Positions 48,001 through 57,291 are shown, counted from the first letter of the stretch. The stretch: DNA of 64,000 nucleotides from Planctomycetota bacterium (GCA_965223265.1 OZ244999.1:7968001-8032000); one strand, 5' to 3'. Notes: a model not told the origin generated them from the sequence alone. Numbers and translations: made by a program.

Positions 48001-50091
48001 GTCAGGCAACTGCGCAGTCGCGACATCTACCCGCAACTCGACGCGCCTCTCTTCTCCAAGCATGGAGGCGAAATTCCCGCTGCGTCCGCGCCGCTCTCGA
48101 TGGCGCTCCCCGAGGCGAGCCCGGCGATTGACGTCACGATCTATTTCACGCTCGACGGCAGGGATCCGCGCCTCGCATTCACGGGCGAGGTGTCGCCGTC
48201 GGCGATGGTGTACACCGGAACCTTCTCCGTCACGGCACCGACGACGGTGAGCGCGCGAGCCTTTGGACTCGCAGATGCGGAGGCGACGGAGCTGACGTGG
48301 AGTGCTCTCACGCAGGCGACTTTCTTGCCTGCGGCGGCCGGGCCGGTTGAGGATGTCGTCGTTTCGGAGATCATGTTTCACCCGCGCTCGAGTCCCAGTA
48401 CCTCTGCCACTGACGACTACGAATTCGTCGAGCTCTACAACGCCGGCGGGGATACGGTACGACTGGGTGGACTCGAGTTCTCGCGCGGTATTCGCTTTCG
48501 ATTCGCGCCGGACGACTTCCTCGCGCCGGGCGAGCGCGCGGTCATCGTGGCGCAAGTCGACACGTTCCAGGAGCGCTATCCTGGTGTCCCCATCCTCGGT
48601 GCCTACGGTGGTCGACTGGCGAACGACGGCGAGACGCTCACGCTTTCGACCGCGGACGGGAGCACGATTTTTTCCGTCGATTTCGACGACGAAAAGTTTT
48701 GGCCGGTGGCTGCCGACGGTCTCGGTCGCTCTCTCGTCCTCGAAGAGCTCGATCGGTCGCCGTCCGATCCGCGCGCCTGGCGCGCGAGCACCCACCGAGA
48801 TGGCTCTCCAGCCGCGCCTGAGCCGCCGCCGAGCCACGGCGCGGTCGTGATCAACGAGGTTCTGCATCACGCCGCAGACCGAAGCGGCGGTGCGATCGAG
48901 CTCTTCAACCCGACCCGTTTTGCCGTCGACCTTGGTGGCTGGTTCATGAGTCCGTCGCGCCGCGACGAGGACGATCTCAGAAAGTTTAGGATTCCGCTCG
49001 GCACAACGCTGCCAGCCGGCGGCTATCTTGTGTTCAGTGATGAGCTGTTTCGTTCGTTCGATGGTGATCCGGACGGGTTCGCACTTGAGCCGCGCGGCGG
49101 CGAGATCTTTCTCGTCGCAGCCGACAGTAGCGGCGAGCTCGACGGCTACATCGACGCGGTTGAATTTGGCCCGACGCCGCCGGGGGTGAGCTTTGGCCGT
49201 GTGGAGACGAGCGAGGGCATCGAGTTTACCGCACTCGAGCGTCCTTCCCTCAGCGAAGTCAACGCCGAGCCGCGGGCTCCCGAAGTTGCGATCAACGAGA
49301 TCCACTACCATCCCGTCGACGGCGACGATGAATTCGTGGAACTCTTCAATCCAGGATCGACCGCTGTCGACCTCGCCGGATGGGAGCTCCGGGGCGTGTC
49401 TGCGCCGGACGGCGAGCCGCAGTTTCTCTTCCCGCCTGGCGCCGCGGTGCCGCCGCGGTCGTATCTTCTCGTCGTTCCGGGGGATCCGGAGGCGTATCGG
49501 TCTCGCCACCAGATTCCGACCGACGCTGTCGTCGTCGGACCGTACGGCGGGGCTTTGAGCAACGGTGGTGAGCGCCTCGCGCTCCTCAAACCACTCTCCG
49601 ATCCGGCTGGTGCAGCGGAGGTTGTGGACAGCGTTCGCTATGACGATCGCGCGCCGTGGCCGGTCGCTGCCGACGGCGATGGCGCCAGTCTCGAACGCGT
49701 TCGCTCCTGGAGGCTGGGCGCGGAGGCGCTGAACTGGACTGAGTCGGCCGACGGTCCGACCCCCGGACGCGTCAACGCCGCGGCGCCACCGATCGATCCA
49801 GCCGGTGGCCTGCAGCTTCCCGGAGACGCTACGGAAGACGGCCTGCTGAATGTCTCCGATCCCATCCGGCTGATCGCACACCTTTTCGGCGGCGCCGACG
49901 TGCACGCTGCCTGCGGTGGGAGTGAGGGCGAGCGCGCAAGGGCTGCGCTTGTCGATGCCGACGGCAACGGCGCGAGCGACCTCGGGGACGTAATCTATCT
50001 TCTCAACTATCTGTTTCGGCAGGGCCCCGAGCACGCGCTCGGCGGGCGGTGCGTCGCGCTGCGTGGATGCTCGGCGACCTGTGTCCAGTGA
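45028..50091 (+). CDS. Large secreted lamin-tail-domain / FN3-associated / CotH kinase / dockerin-like protein
   Basis: Multiple VISE/INE..DWIEL/EFVEL.N LTD motifs, YTLDGS.P, CotH motifs (KHSFR, YWGIY.LVE, DWP.HN, WDAE), C-terminal GD..DG..N.SD...D.DG.G..DL.D..Y.LNYLF. Confidence 0.88.
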   Translation: MHSCCRFRFVPTRTIARPTKRCVRLLEALTLLLWLASVRSSAFADETFFVSFGSEWRFFRGLEEPTPESPAAWRSVDFDDAAWDVGAAPLGYGFDELGTDLNASEPPMEGNYLSLYVRQRFSLSELDRIESLEARVIADDGAIVWLNGTEIARINAPGDPGDHIPFDERAARAQLNRRAHIFPLEDFRDLIDEGANVLAAQGLNRSLTSNDMRLAIELVDRFGPDRTPPELAGVVPVPQTTTRTLQLVHVDFGEPVSGVDALDLLMNSAPALKVRSDPSGRHYRFLFAPPSPGAVELAWALDHLILDRAEIPNAFAGGSWSYRYAPDEPLPAVVISEVSAASGALRDENGDGADWIELQNVGDTLVDLAGYALSDDPERPDRWRLPTLRLEPGAFLLVLATGKDRADPAAELHASFKLDPDGDSVFLFSNDAPRQLVAALRDYPEQRGQLSYGRKRSGELSYFATPTPGSPNVEEDAIDGGFVSDPEFSVEHGHFEEAFSVELSCATTDAELFYTLDGSWPTPESARYSGPIEIDGEPRRGAAVLRATAFKSGMVASRTITRTFIFPTHVLTQPADPDGFPGTWRGAARTFYGMSAAIVNDPRNADLFPEALLALPSVSIVADVEDLFGGTGLYSNPTSSGIDWERPGSVELIDPTGEESFQVNCGLRIQGGASRGPSNSPKHSFRLLFKSDYGPSRLSFPLFGRSRVEEFDTLILRAGYNNSWIHSDTSQNRRATYLRDQWARDTLRDMGQPSARGRFVHLYLNGLYWGIYNLVERPSGPFAAAHLGGRREDWDALNSASPVDGDSAAWRQLTSDAQAATGEDKEYFAILDRLDETNFIDYMLTNYYCSNSDWPHHNWYAARRRVVGAGYRFFSWDAERILEGPNESAVGRNDSNSPGVISVRLRQHAEHRVRFGDRVQRHCFGGGALTAAAVAARLRRRADEVEAAIVAESARWGTFRRENVPLTYQESWLPELQRLFEDYFPVRLPALVRQLRSRDIYPQLDAPLFSKHGGEIPAASAPLSMALPEASPAIDVTIYFTLDGRDPRLAFTGEVSPSAMVYTGTFSVTAPTTVSARAFGLADAEATELTWSALTQATFLPAAAGPVEDVVVSEIMFHPRSSPSTSATDDYEFVELYNAGGDTVRLGGLEFSRGIRFRFAPDDFLAPGERAVIVAQVDTFQERYPGVPILGAYGGRLANDGETLTLSTADGSTIFSVDFDDEKFWPVAADGLGRSLVLEELDRSPSDPRAWRASTHRDGSPAAPEPPPSHGAVVINEVLHHAADRSGGAIELFNPTRFAVDLGGWFMSPSRRDEDDLRKFRIPLGTTLPAGGYLVFSDELFRSFDGDPDGFALEPRGGEIFLVAADSSGELDGYIDAVEFGPTPPGVSFGRVETSEGIEFTALERPSLSEVNAEPRAPEVAINEIHYHPVDGDDEFVELFNPGSTAVDLAGWELRGVSAPDGEPQFLFPPGAAVPPRSYLLVVPGDPEAYRSRHQIPTDAVVVGPYGGALSNGGERLALLKPLSDPAGAAEVVDSVRYDDRAPWPVAADGDGASLERVRSWRLGAEALNWTESADGPTPGRVNAAAPPIDPAGGLQLPGDATEDGLLNVSDPIRLIAHLFGGADVHAACGGSEGERARAALVDADGNGASDLGDVIYLLNYLFRQGPEHALGGRCVALRGCSATCVQ

Positions 50092-50125
50092 CGCGCTCTT
50101 GCTGACGCCCATGCGATGCCGCAGA

Positions 50126-51406
50126 ATGAGCGCTATGATACGTTCTCGAGCTTTTGGCGGCCGACGACGATTTCGTGCGGCGTCTTTCCATCATCGGGCG
50201 TCGTTCGTGCTGCTCTGCATCGTCGCGTTTGCCGTAGTGCTCGGTGCCTCGCGTCACTCCCATGCCTGCTCGATTCCTGTCTTTCGATATGCGCTGCAGT
50301 TCTGGGAACCGGACCAGTTTGAACTTCTGGTCTTTCACCGCGGCGCTATGACGGAGGCTGCGGAGACGGTCGCTCATGCGCTCGAACGCGCCACGCTGAC
50401 GGGCGACCCGGTCAACCTGAGCGTCCGCCGCATCGATCTCGACGGCGCTGTGGAGCCAAAGGCGCGCCAGCTGTGGGATTCGATCGGCGACTCGACGCTG
50501 CCCCACGTCGTCCTCCGTTTCCCCGCGCGTTACAGTGGGCCTGAGGTCGTTCACTCCGGCGCACTGAAGGACTTTGATCTGGCGCCGTGGCTCGACTCGC
50601 CCCTGCGCCAGGAGATACGGCGCCGGCTGGCACGGGGTGATTCAGCGGTCTGGGTTCTCGTCGAGAGCGGCGACAGTGACAAGGACGCCACGGCGCAGAA
50701 GGTGCTGGAGGATACACTCGCGAAGCTTGAGAAAAGCCTCAAGCTGCCCGAGCTCGCGGCGGCAGACATCGGCTTGAGCGAGTCCGGCGCGGAAGTCAGT
50801 GCGCCGCTAGCGATCAAGTTTTCTGTGCTGCGCATGCGCCAAGGGGATGGGGCGGAGAAGAGCCTCCGGGATCTGCTCCTGCGCAGTGAGGCCGATCTGG
50901 CCGAGCTGACGGACCAGCCGATGGTGTTCGCTGTCTTTGGTCGTGGCCGCGTCCTGCCGGCGCTCGTCGGTGCGGGCATCAACGAAGAGAACGTCACGAG
51001 TTCTGCCTCATTCCTCGTTGGTCCGTGTTCTTGCCAGGTGAAAGAAGAGAACCCTGGTTTCGATTTTCTCGCGCGTGCAGATTGGGCGACGCTGCTGGCG
51101 CAGGCAAATGCTGGCGCGTCGTCGTCGCCACCGCGACTCGATCTAAGTTCCTCGGAACGTGGACCGTCCGGTGCTGGGGGAAGTCATTCCGCACGGAACG
51201 TCTCGGACGCCTCGGTCGTCGCCGCCTCGGGTGGCACGATCACCGACGCTGCTGCGGCGGCGTCAGAGCGCTCCGGCAGCACAGCGTCGAGCACTGCGAG
51301 CTCAACGCCGGCGAGTGACACGTTCTTGAGTCGGGTGCTGTTCCTCGTTGTTGTCGCCAGCGGCGTGCTCGTCTTGACCACCGCCCTGATCCTCAAGAAT
51401 TCCTAG
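50126..51406 (+). CDS. Hypothetical exported, C-terminally membrane-anchored protein (start approximate)
   Basis: Signal peptide then CSIPVFRYAL..W, VFGRGR, GPCSCQVK..NPG.D, Ser/Ala linker, C-terminal TM helix. Confidence 0.75.
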   Translation: MSAMIRSRAFGGRRRFRAASFHHRASFVLLCIVAFAVVLGASRHSHACSIPVFRYALQFWEPDQFELLVFHRGAMTEAAETVAHALERATLTGDPVNLSVRRIDLDGAVEPKARQLWDSIGDSTLPHVVLRFPARYSGPEVVHSGALKDFDLAPWLDSPLRQEIRRRLARGDSAVWVLVESGDSDKDATAQKVLEDTLAKLEKSLKLPELAAADIGLSESGAEVSAPLAIKFSVLRMRQGDGAEKSLRDLLLRSEADLAELTDQPMVFAVFGRGRVLPALVGAGINEENVTSSASFLVGPCSCQVKEENPGFDFLARADWATLLAQANAGASSSPPRLDLSSSERGPSGAGGSHSARNVSDASVVAASGGTITDAAAAASERSGSTASSTASSTPASDTFLSRVLFLVVVASGVLVLTTALILKNS

Positions 51407-51447
51407 CGCCCTGTTCGGCGTGCACTAGCCAACATGACAATGCCATC

Positions 51448-52140
51448 ATGAGTCTCGCGATCGAAGAAGTGACCAAGACTTACAAAAGCGCGGAAGGACG
51501 CCCGATCGCGGCTCTGGAGGACGTCTCGCTGACCGTCGACGCGGGAGAGTTTGTTGCCATCATGGGTCCGAGCGGGTGTGGCAAGACGACACTTCTTCTC
51601 GCTGCTGGCGGGTTGCAAGCTCCGGATAGCGGTGCGATCCGTCTCGGTGGTACGGACATCTACAGCCTTGGGACGGAGTCGCGGGCGCGGTTTCGCGCGC
51701 AGAATATCGGTTTTGTCTTTCAGCAGTTTCATCTCGTCCCGTATCTCTCTGTACTCGACAACGTTCTCGCGCCAACGCTTGCGAGTGAGATCCCACGGGC
51801 ACGCGAGCGTGCCCGTGAGCTCCTTGAACGCTTTGGACTCGCGTCCCGTTTGACCCACGTTCCAGCGAAGCTCAGCACCGGTGAGCGCCAGCGTGTCGCT
51901 TTGGCTCGAGCACTCCTTCCGAAGCCGCAGCTATTGCTGGCGGACGAGCCGACTGGAAACCTCGACCGCGAGAATTCTGACACGGTGCTTTCCGACCTGC
52001 GCGATTTCGCCGCAGGTGGCGGCGCCGTCCTCCTCGTGACCCACGACACTGGTACTGCAGAACGCGCCGACAGAACGCTGCAGCTCGACCAGGGACGCTT
52101 GTGCGCTCTCTCTGACGCGGGTGAAGGTGACGGCAATTGA
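51448..52140 (+). CDS. LolD/MacB-type ABC transporter ATP-binding protein
   Basis: GPSGCGKT, IGFVFQQFHL, LSTGERQRVA, ADEPTGNLD, VTHD. Confidence 0.92.
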   Translation: MSLAIEEVTKTYKSAEGRPIAALEDVSLTVDAGEFVAIMGPSGCGKTTLLLAAGGLQAPDSGAIRLGGTDIYSLGTESRARFRAQNIGFVFQQFHLVPYLSVLDNVLAPTLASEIPRARERARELLERFGLASRLTHVPAKLSTGERQRVALARALLPKPQLLLADEPTGNLDRENSDTVLSDLRDFAAGGGAVLLVTHDTGTAERADRTLQLDQGRLCALSDAGEGDGN

Positions 52141-52349
52141 CGAGCGCTTCCGCAGTCGACTGGGAAAGTCTGAAACCTCGTCTGCAGGTCAGAGGAGAGC
52201 GACGGCGCACAGATCGTTTCGCGCTGCCGCTAGCCTGGCTTCACCGGGGTGGTTGGCGCGGCGCTAGGCTAGCCAGGAGGTTCGAAGGAGTTGAGACGCG
52301 ATGACTGCCCACTCCATCTGTCCATGATTGCGGTGCACGGAGGTCGACC

Positions 52350-52649
52350 ATGAAGGTGAAGGTCGAGTACTCAGCGCAGATGCGAAAGACGATCGGACGC
52401 GCCAGCGAGGAGCTCGAGATCGCCGCTGGCGACACCGTCTGCGATCTCATTGGTTCGATTGCGCGCCGCGAAGGCGAGCCGCTGCAAGGATTTCTTCTCG
52501 GCGCTGGGGGCGAGCCGAGTCCGTCGATCTTGCTTTTTCTCAATGACGTTCAGGTCGAGTGGTGCGAGGCACCGTCGCTCGCCGACGGTGATGTGTTGAC
52601 GATCGCCTCGCCGATCGCGGGCGGCATCGACACTTGGTGGGGTCAATGA
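52350..52649 (+). CDS. MoaD/ThiS ubiquitin-like sulfur carrier with extension after GG
   Basis: MKVKVEY, LFLND, LADGDVL.I..PIAGG then IDTWWGQ; GGAGG RBS. Confidence 0.85.
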   Translation: MKVKVEYSAQMRKTIGRASEELEIAAGDTVCDLIGSIARREGEPLQGFLLGAGGEPSPSILLFLNDVQVEWCEAPSLADGDVLTIASPIAGGIDTWWGQ

Positions 52650-53446
52650 GCCAGGACAAGTCAGCAGATCGGTTCGGGGCGGGCCACGGCCACGACGAGC
52701 TCACCGCGGAGGAGCGAGCGACCTATGAGTGGCAGATGTGGGTGGACGAGTTTGGTGAGCGCGGCCAGGAAGCGCTGAAGCGTTCGACAGTGTTGATCTC
52801 GCGTGTCGGCGGTCTCGGTAGTGTCGTCGCCTATGAACTCGCTGCCGCCGGCGTCGGGCGACTCGTCTTGGCGCATGCCGGCAACGTCAAACACAGCGAT
52901 CTCAATCGTCAGCTCCTCATGACCCATGATTGGCTGGGAAAACCGCGGGTCGCCTGCGCCGAAAGACGTCTCAAGGAGCTCAATCCGCGCCTGGTCGTCG
53001 ACGCCGTTGCCGAAAACGTCTCGGAGGAGAACGCTGCCCACCTCGTGGCCGAGGCCGATGTCGTCGTTGACTGTGCGCCTCTCTTCGAGGAGCGCTTCCT
53101 GTTGAACCGCGAAGCGGTGCGTCAACGTCGGCCGATGGTCGAGTGCGCGATGTACGAGCTTGAGGCGTACCTGACGACGATTCGAGGGGGCGAAACGCCG
53201 TGTCTTGCGTGCCTCGTGCCGGAGCGGCCGCCGGCGTGGACGCGGGAGTTTCCGGTGTTCGGCGCGGTTTCCGGCAGCGTCGGTTGCCTCGGTGCGATGG
53301 AGGCTATCAAGCTTCTCGCGGGCTTCGGCGAACCGCTCACCGGCAAACTGTTAGCTTACGACACTCGGAGCATGCGGTTTCGCGTCGCGACGATTCAGCG
53401 CAACCCACGCTGCAGCGTCTGCGGTGACGCCACCCCCGCAGAGTGA
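52646..53446 (+). CDS. HesA/MoeB/ThiF family E1-like adenylyltransferase
   Basis: GQ..LK...V...VGGLG, SDLNRQ, PCLAC, C-terminal CSVC; ATGA overlap with the MoaD-like stop. Confidence 0.9.
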   Translation: MSQDKSADRFGAGHGHDELTAEERATYEWQMWVDEFGERGQEALKRSTVLISRVGGLGSVVAYELAAAGVGRLVLAHAGNVKHSDLNRQLLMTHDWLGKPRVACAERRLKELNPRLVVDAVAENVSEENAAHLVAEADVVVDCAPLFEERFLLNREAVRQRRPMVECAMYELEAYLTTIRGGETPCLACLVPERPPAWTREFPVFGAVSGSVGCLGAMEAIKLLAGFGEPLTGKLLAYDTRSMRFRVATIQRNPRCSVCGDATPAE

Positions 53447-53507
53447 ACCTCAACTGATCGACGGAGGAAATCAGCCGAGGGGAGCGTTCCTCTCGACGCT
53501 GGAGCCC

Positions 53508-54194
53508 ATGCGTTTTTTTGTTCTCTTCCTGCTCCTTTCACTGCTGCTCGCCGTACCGTTCCTTCTTTGGGGCGAGTTCTTCGAGACGAGTTTTTCGAAG
53601 GAGCGAACGCTCTCGTGGTTTGAGCGCTGTGGGCCGTGGGCGTGGGCAGCCGGTGTGGCCCTGCTCGCCGCCGACCTCGTGTTGCCGGTGCCGTCAACAG
53701 CGGTGATGGCGGCGCTCGGCGTTGTTTACGGGACGCTGCTCGGCGGACTGATTGGCGCTGCAGGGTCCTTCTTCGCCGGGCTGCTAGCCTACGGCCTGTC
53801 GCGCGCCGTCGGCGAGCGGGCGGCGATCTACATCGTCGGTGAGAAGGATTTGGACCGCGGCAAAACGTTTTTCGCCACCGCCGGGGGCGGCTGGGCGGTG
53901 GCTCTCTCACGCTGGCTACCGCTCCTTCCCGAAGTCATTGCATGTCTCGCTGGCCTGGCACGCATGCCGCTACCGCGGTTCTGCGCCGCCCTTCTGTGCG
54001 GTTCGCTGCCGATGGCGCTGGTTTTCGCTGGGGTTGGCGCCTCCGGACGAGAGAGTCCGTGGCTCGCAGTCGTTCTCAGCGCCGTTCTGCCCCTGGTGCT
54101 CTGGCCGCTCGCCGCGCGGCTCCTCCGCTCACGGGTCGATGGGGTCGACGGCGGCGGCCGGGGGACGGCGGAAAAGATTTCCCAAGACGACTGA
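53508..54194 (+). CDS. TVP38/DedA (VTT domain) membrane protein
   Basis: ADLVLPVPST, YG...GG, SRWLP.LPE..ACLAGL..M...F. Confidence 0.85.
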   Translation: MRFFVLFLLLSLLLAVPFLLWGEFFETSFSKERTLSWFERCGPWAWAAGVALLAADLVLPVPSTAVMAALGVVYGTLLGGLIGAAGSFFAGLLAYGLSRAVGERAAIYIVGEKDLDRGKTFFATAGGGWAVALSRWLPLLPEVIACLAGLARMPLPRFCAALLCGSLPMALVFAGVGASGRESPWLAVVLSAVLPLVLWPLAARLLRSRVDGVDGGGRGTAEKISQDD

Positions 54195-54221
54195 AGGGCG
54201 CGCTACGGCGACGCGAAGCGG

Positions 54222-54893
54222 CTAGCCGCCAGCCTGCCGCTTCGCGTCGCCGAGTTCGATCTCATGCAGCTTGCCAGCGTCGATGTGGAAGATTTGGTGG
54301 CCCAGCTGCCTGGCCTCTGTGCTGCTGTGCGTGACGTGGAGCACGGTGACACCGGTGTATTCCTGGACCTCCTTGAGCAGGCCACAGATCTCGTCGTGGG
54401 TCTGCTCGTCGAGCGCGTTGAGCGGCTCGTCAAGGCAGAGGAGACCAGGCCGACTCGCCACAGCCCTGGCGAGCGTGACGCGCTGTGCTTCGCCGCCACT
54501 TAGGTTCGCGGGCATGCGATCGAGGAGATGCGCGATCCCGAGAAGCTCTGCGAGTTCGTCGACGCGTGCCGCGATTTCGCTCTCGGGGCGCTTGCGGACA
54601 ACCAGCGAGAATGCGATCTGGTCGCGAACGGCCAGCGTGGGAAAGAGCGCGCGGTCCTGCGGCACGTAGCCAACGCCTCGCTCTCCCGGCGCTAACGTCG
54701 TGACATCGCGACCGAACAGGAGAATACGGCCGGCTCGCGGCGTGCGAAGGCCGCACACCGTCTCGAGGATCGACGACTTGCCGCAGCCGCTGCGACCCAT
54801 GAGGACGCCGTACGATCCCGCTCGCACGACGAACGAAACATCTTGCAGCACGAAATCCCCTTGAACGATCGACAAGCCTTGGACGTCGATCAT
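54222..54893 (-). CDS. modC: Molybdate/tungstate-type ABC ATP-binding protein
   Basis: GRSGCGKS, GYVPQD.ALFP, LSGGEAQRV, LDEP; coupled to the modB-like gene. Confidence 0.8.
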   Translation of the reverse strand: MIDVQGLSIVQGDFVLQDVSFVVRAGSYGVLMGRSGCGKSSILETVCGLRTPRAGRILLFGRDVTTLAPGERGVGYVPQDRALFPTLAVRDQIAFSLVVRKRPESEIAARVDELAELLGIAHLLDRMPANLSGGEAQRVTLARAVASRPGLLCLDEPLNALDEQTHDEICGLLKEVQEYTGVTVLHVTHSSTEARQLGHQIFHIDAGKLHEIELGDAKRQAGG

Positions 54894-55762
54894 GCGTGCA
54901 GTCTCCGCAGGCCGAGGAGACGAGCGACCACGAGCACGACCGCTGCGAGCACCACCATGATGATCGACACTGCGACCATGCCCTCGGTGCGGCCCGCCTG
55001 CATCTCAAGGAAAACGGATGTCGGCAACACTTCGGTGCGGAACGGCACGGAGGCGGCGAAGACGAGGATGGGACCGAACTCGCCGAGGGAACGGGCCCAG
55101 GCAAGAGTCGCCGCCGCCAGCAGGCCATTGCGCGTTTGCGGCATGACGACGCGCATGAACGCTTGCGGTAGGCTGCATCCCAATGTCAGCGCGACTTGTT
55201 CATAGCGCTTGGGAATCTGGTCAAACGTGACGCGCATGGTCCGAATCGCGAAGGCGCAGGCGACCATGAACTGCGCCAAAATGACTCCCGGCACTTCGTA
55301 GACGACCGCGTCGCTCACCCAGCGCGGCACGTAGCGAAACAGAATCAACAGACCGATGCCGACGACTAGCGGCGGCAGGACGATCGGGATGTCGAGAATC
55401 GTGTCGATATAGGCTTTGCCGCGGAACTCGTAGCGCGACATCAAGTACCCGATCGGCACCGCGACCCAGAGCGCGAGGAGAGTCGTGATCGTGCAGGAGA
55501 CGAGACTCAACATGACGGCGTACTGAATCGCGTCGTCTGCCAAGACGCGGAGAAACTCGCTCAGCCCTTTCTCGCTCAGCACCAAGAAGTGACACTTGGC
55601 GAGCATCATCAACACGATCAGAACGAGATAGACGCTCGACAGAAGCACGAGGCAAGCAATGAACGGCGTTCCGGACGCCACTCGATGCGTTGGGTGTGCG
55701 CCGCCACTTGCGGGCGAACGATCGGAACGACTGGTCTCGGCCGCCGCGTTTTCGTCGCTCAT
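54890..55762 (-). CDS. modB: Molybdate ABC transporter permease
   Basis: DIPIVLPPLVVG..LL, A.TLG, WARSLGEFG. Confidence 0.85.
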   Translation of the reverse strand: MSDENAAAETSRSDRSPASGGAHPTHRVASGTPFIACLVLLSSVYLVLIVLMMLAKCHFLVLSEKGLSEFLRVLADDAIQYAVMLSLVSCTITTLLALWVAVPIGYLMSRYEFRGKAYIDTILDIPIVLPPLVVGIGLLILFRYVPRWVSDAVVYEVPGVILAQFMVACAFAIRTMRVTFDQIPKRYEQVALTLGCSLPQAFMRVVMPQTRNGLLAAATLAWARSLGEFGPILVFAASVPFRTEVLPTSVFLEMQAGRTEGMVAVSIIMVVLAAVVLVVARLLGLRRLHA

Positions 55763-57291
55763 GAATCGACGGCGATGGGCTCCCCGCGCCAAACGAATCC
55801 GGTCGACTCAAAACGCTGCTGCGATTTACTGGAGCGAATCGCCTCCATGAGGCGACCGATCAACTGCGGATGATCCGCGTCGCGCCCGAGCGCCATATTC
55901 TGCACCGCTTTAGCCCGCGGATGTTCGATGGCGACGATCTTGAGCGTCGAGCTGACGTTCTGACAATTGGCGCGGTAGACAAGGGCGACGTCGAGTTTGT
56001 CGTGCGCTTCCATCTTGAGTATCAAGTCATGCGCGGTCGCCCCGTGAGCGACGATATTCGGCTGCACCCGTTCCCAAATACCGACATCCTTGAGAAGGTC
56101 GATCGACAGCTTGCCCAGCGTGCTGGCTCGCGGCTCGGTGATGCCGATGTTGAGGCCTTTTTGCGTTAGGTCGTGGAGCGTTCGGACTGTGACGCCGGGT
56201 CGGTCGCGCACCAGCAGCACGATGTCTGTCTCCGAGACGTTGGTCGGGTCGAGGAAGAGATCTGCGACCATGGAGAGATAGGACGCGTCGCAGGTGACAA
56301 AGAGCTCGGGTTTGAGCGGTGTCGTTTGAATTTTGCCGACGAGAGTACCACAGCCATCGTAGCTGCGCTGAACCTCACAACCTTCTCGCTTCTCGAACTC
56401 GAGAAGCGTCGGTTCGAGGGCGTCGCGATTCACGCCGCCGGCGTAGACTGTGATCTTGGGCACCACAGCCCATGCGTCACCGGCGACCGCATCGTAGCCG
56501 TGTTGCTTGAAAATCTCTCCGCCCTTCGTTGGAGCTGCAAGGTACCGTGCCAGCCTGAGCGCCGTGGCCGGAGCTTCGCAACTCTTGAGCACGGCCACCG
56601 AGATCGTTGCTACGGCGGGCTCTAGCTCTGCCACCGGAACGATCTCAAGATCGAATTGCCTCGCCGTCGCATCCCAAATGAATCCGGCATCCACCGTGGG
56701 CGAAGTCTTCACCGCCTCTGCTGCCGCCACGACCGTCGGCTGCATCGTCTTGACCTTCTCGTTGACGTCAGCCCAGCGCCCTGCTTTCTCCAAGAAACCC
56801 TTCGTCTTGTGTCCGGCTCCAGCCTCGGTGTTGCAGACGACGAAATTGACGTCGCTGCGCAGGACATCGTCGAGGTTGCGGATGTTCTTCGGGTTGCCTT
56901 TCTTTACCGCGACGACGAGGCGGAACCTTGCCAGCGGGATCGACTCGGCGAAGAGACCTTTCTCGCGCCCACGTTCCACATAGAGGGCGTCCGCGGGAAC
57001 GTAGAGGTCGCCTTCTGGGCGCAGCGCGATCGTGCTGAGCAGCCCGCCGCTGTTGTTGTAGATCAGGCGGACCTGCGTCCCTTGCTCCTGAAAGAACTGT
57101 TCGGTCGCCGCGACAACCGGGGGTCTGATCCCGGCAGCGCAGTAGACGGTGAGTACGTGTCCACCGTCGTCAACGCGGTGCGAGCTCAAGCGATAGAGCA
57201 GGAACGAGAGCGCAGCGAGAAGGACGACCGAGACGACGAGAAACGGTAGGAACCGACTGCGTTTTGTGTACGCGACCGCAGGCTGCGACAT
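55759..57291 (-). CDS. modA: Molybdate-binding protein with two tandem ModA-like domains
   Basis: N-terminal anchor; domain 1 TVYCAAG..SGGL..DLYVPAD..KGNPKNI; domain 2 TVYAGG..DGCG.L..DVALVY. Confidence 0.8.
   Translation of the reverse strand: MSQPAVAYTKRSRFLPFLVVSVVLLAALSFLLYRLSSHRVDDGGHVLTVYCAAGIRPPVVAATEQFFQEQGTQVRLIYNNSGGLLSTIALRPEGDLYVPADALYVERGREKGLFAESIPLARFRLVVAVKKGNPKNIRNLDDVLRSDVNFVVCNTEAGAGHKTKGFLEKAGRWADVNEKVKTMQPTVVAAAEAVKTSPTVDAGFIWDATARQFDLEIVPVAELEPAVATISVAVLKSCEAPATALRLARYLAAPTKGGEIFKQHGYDAVAGDAWAVVPKITVYAGGVNRDALEPTLLEFEKREGCEVQRSYDGCGTLVGKIQTTPLKPELFVTCDASYLSMVADLFLDPTNVSETDIVLLVRDRPGVTVRTLHDLTQKGLNIGITEPRASTLGKLSIDLLKDVGIWERVQPNIVAHGATAHDLILKMEAHDKLDVALVYRANCQNVSSTLKIVAIEHPRAKAVQNMALGRDADHPQLIGRLMEAIRSSKSQQRFESTGFVWRGEPIAVDS

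Noticed and set aside
47884-50112. Long antisense ORFs (also 6067-7425, 8785-9990, 27409-29079, 60229-61602)
   Set aside because: They lie opposite well-supported genes, show no motifs, and are expected from stop-codon scarcity at high GC.
52141-52349. Possible Moco/Wco riboswitch before the MoaD-like gene
   Set aside because: Only one hairpin (GCTAGCCTGGC/GCTAGGCTAGC); the conserved motif features were not recognisable.
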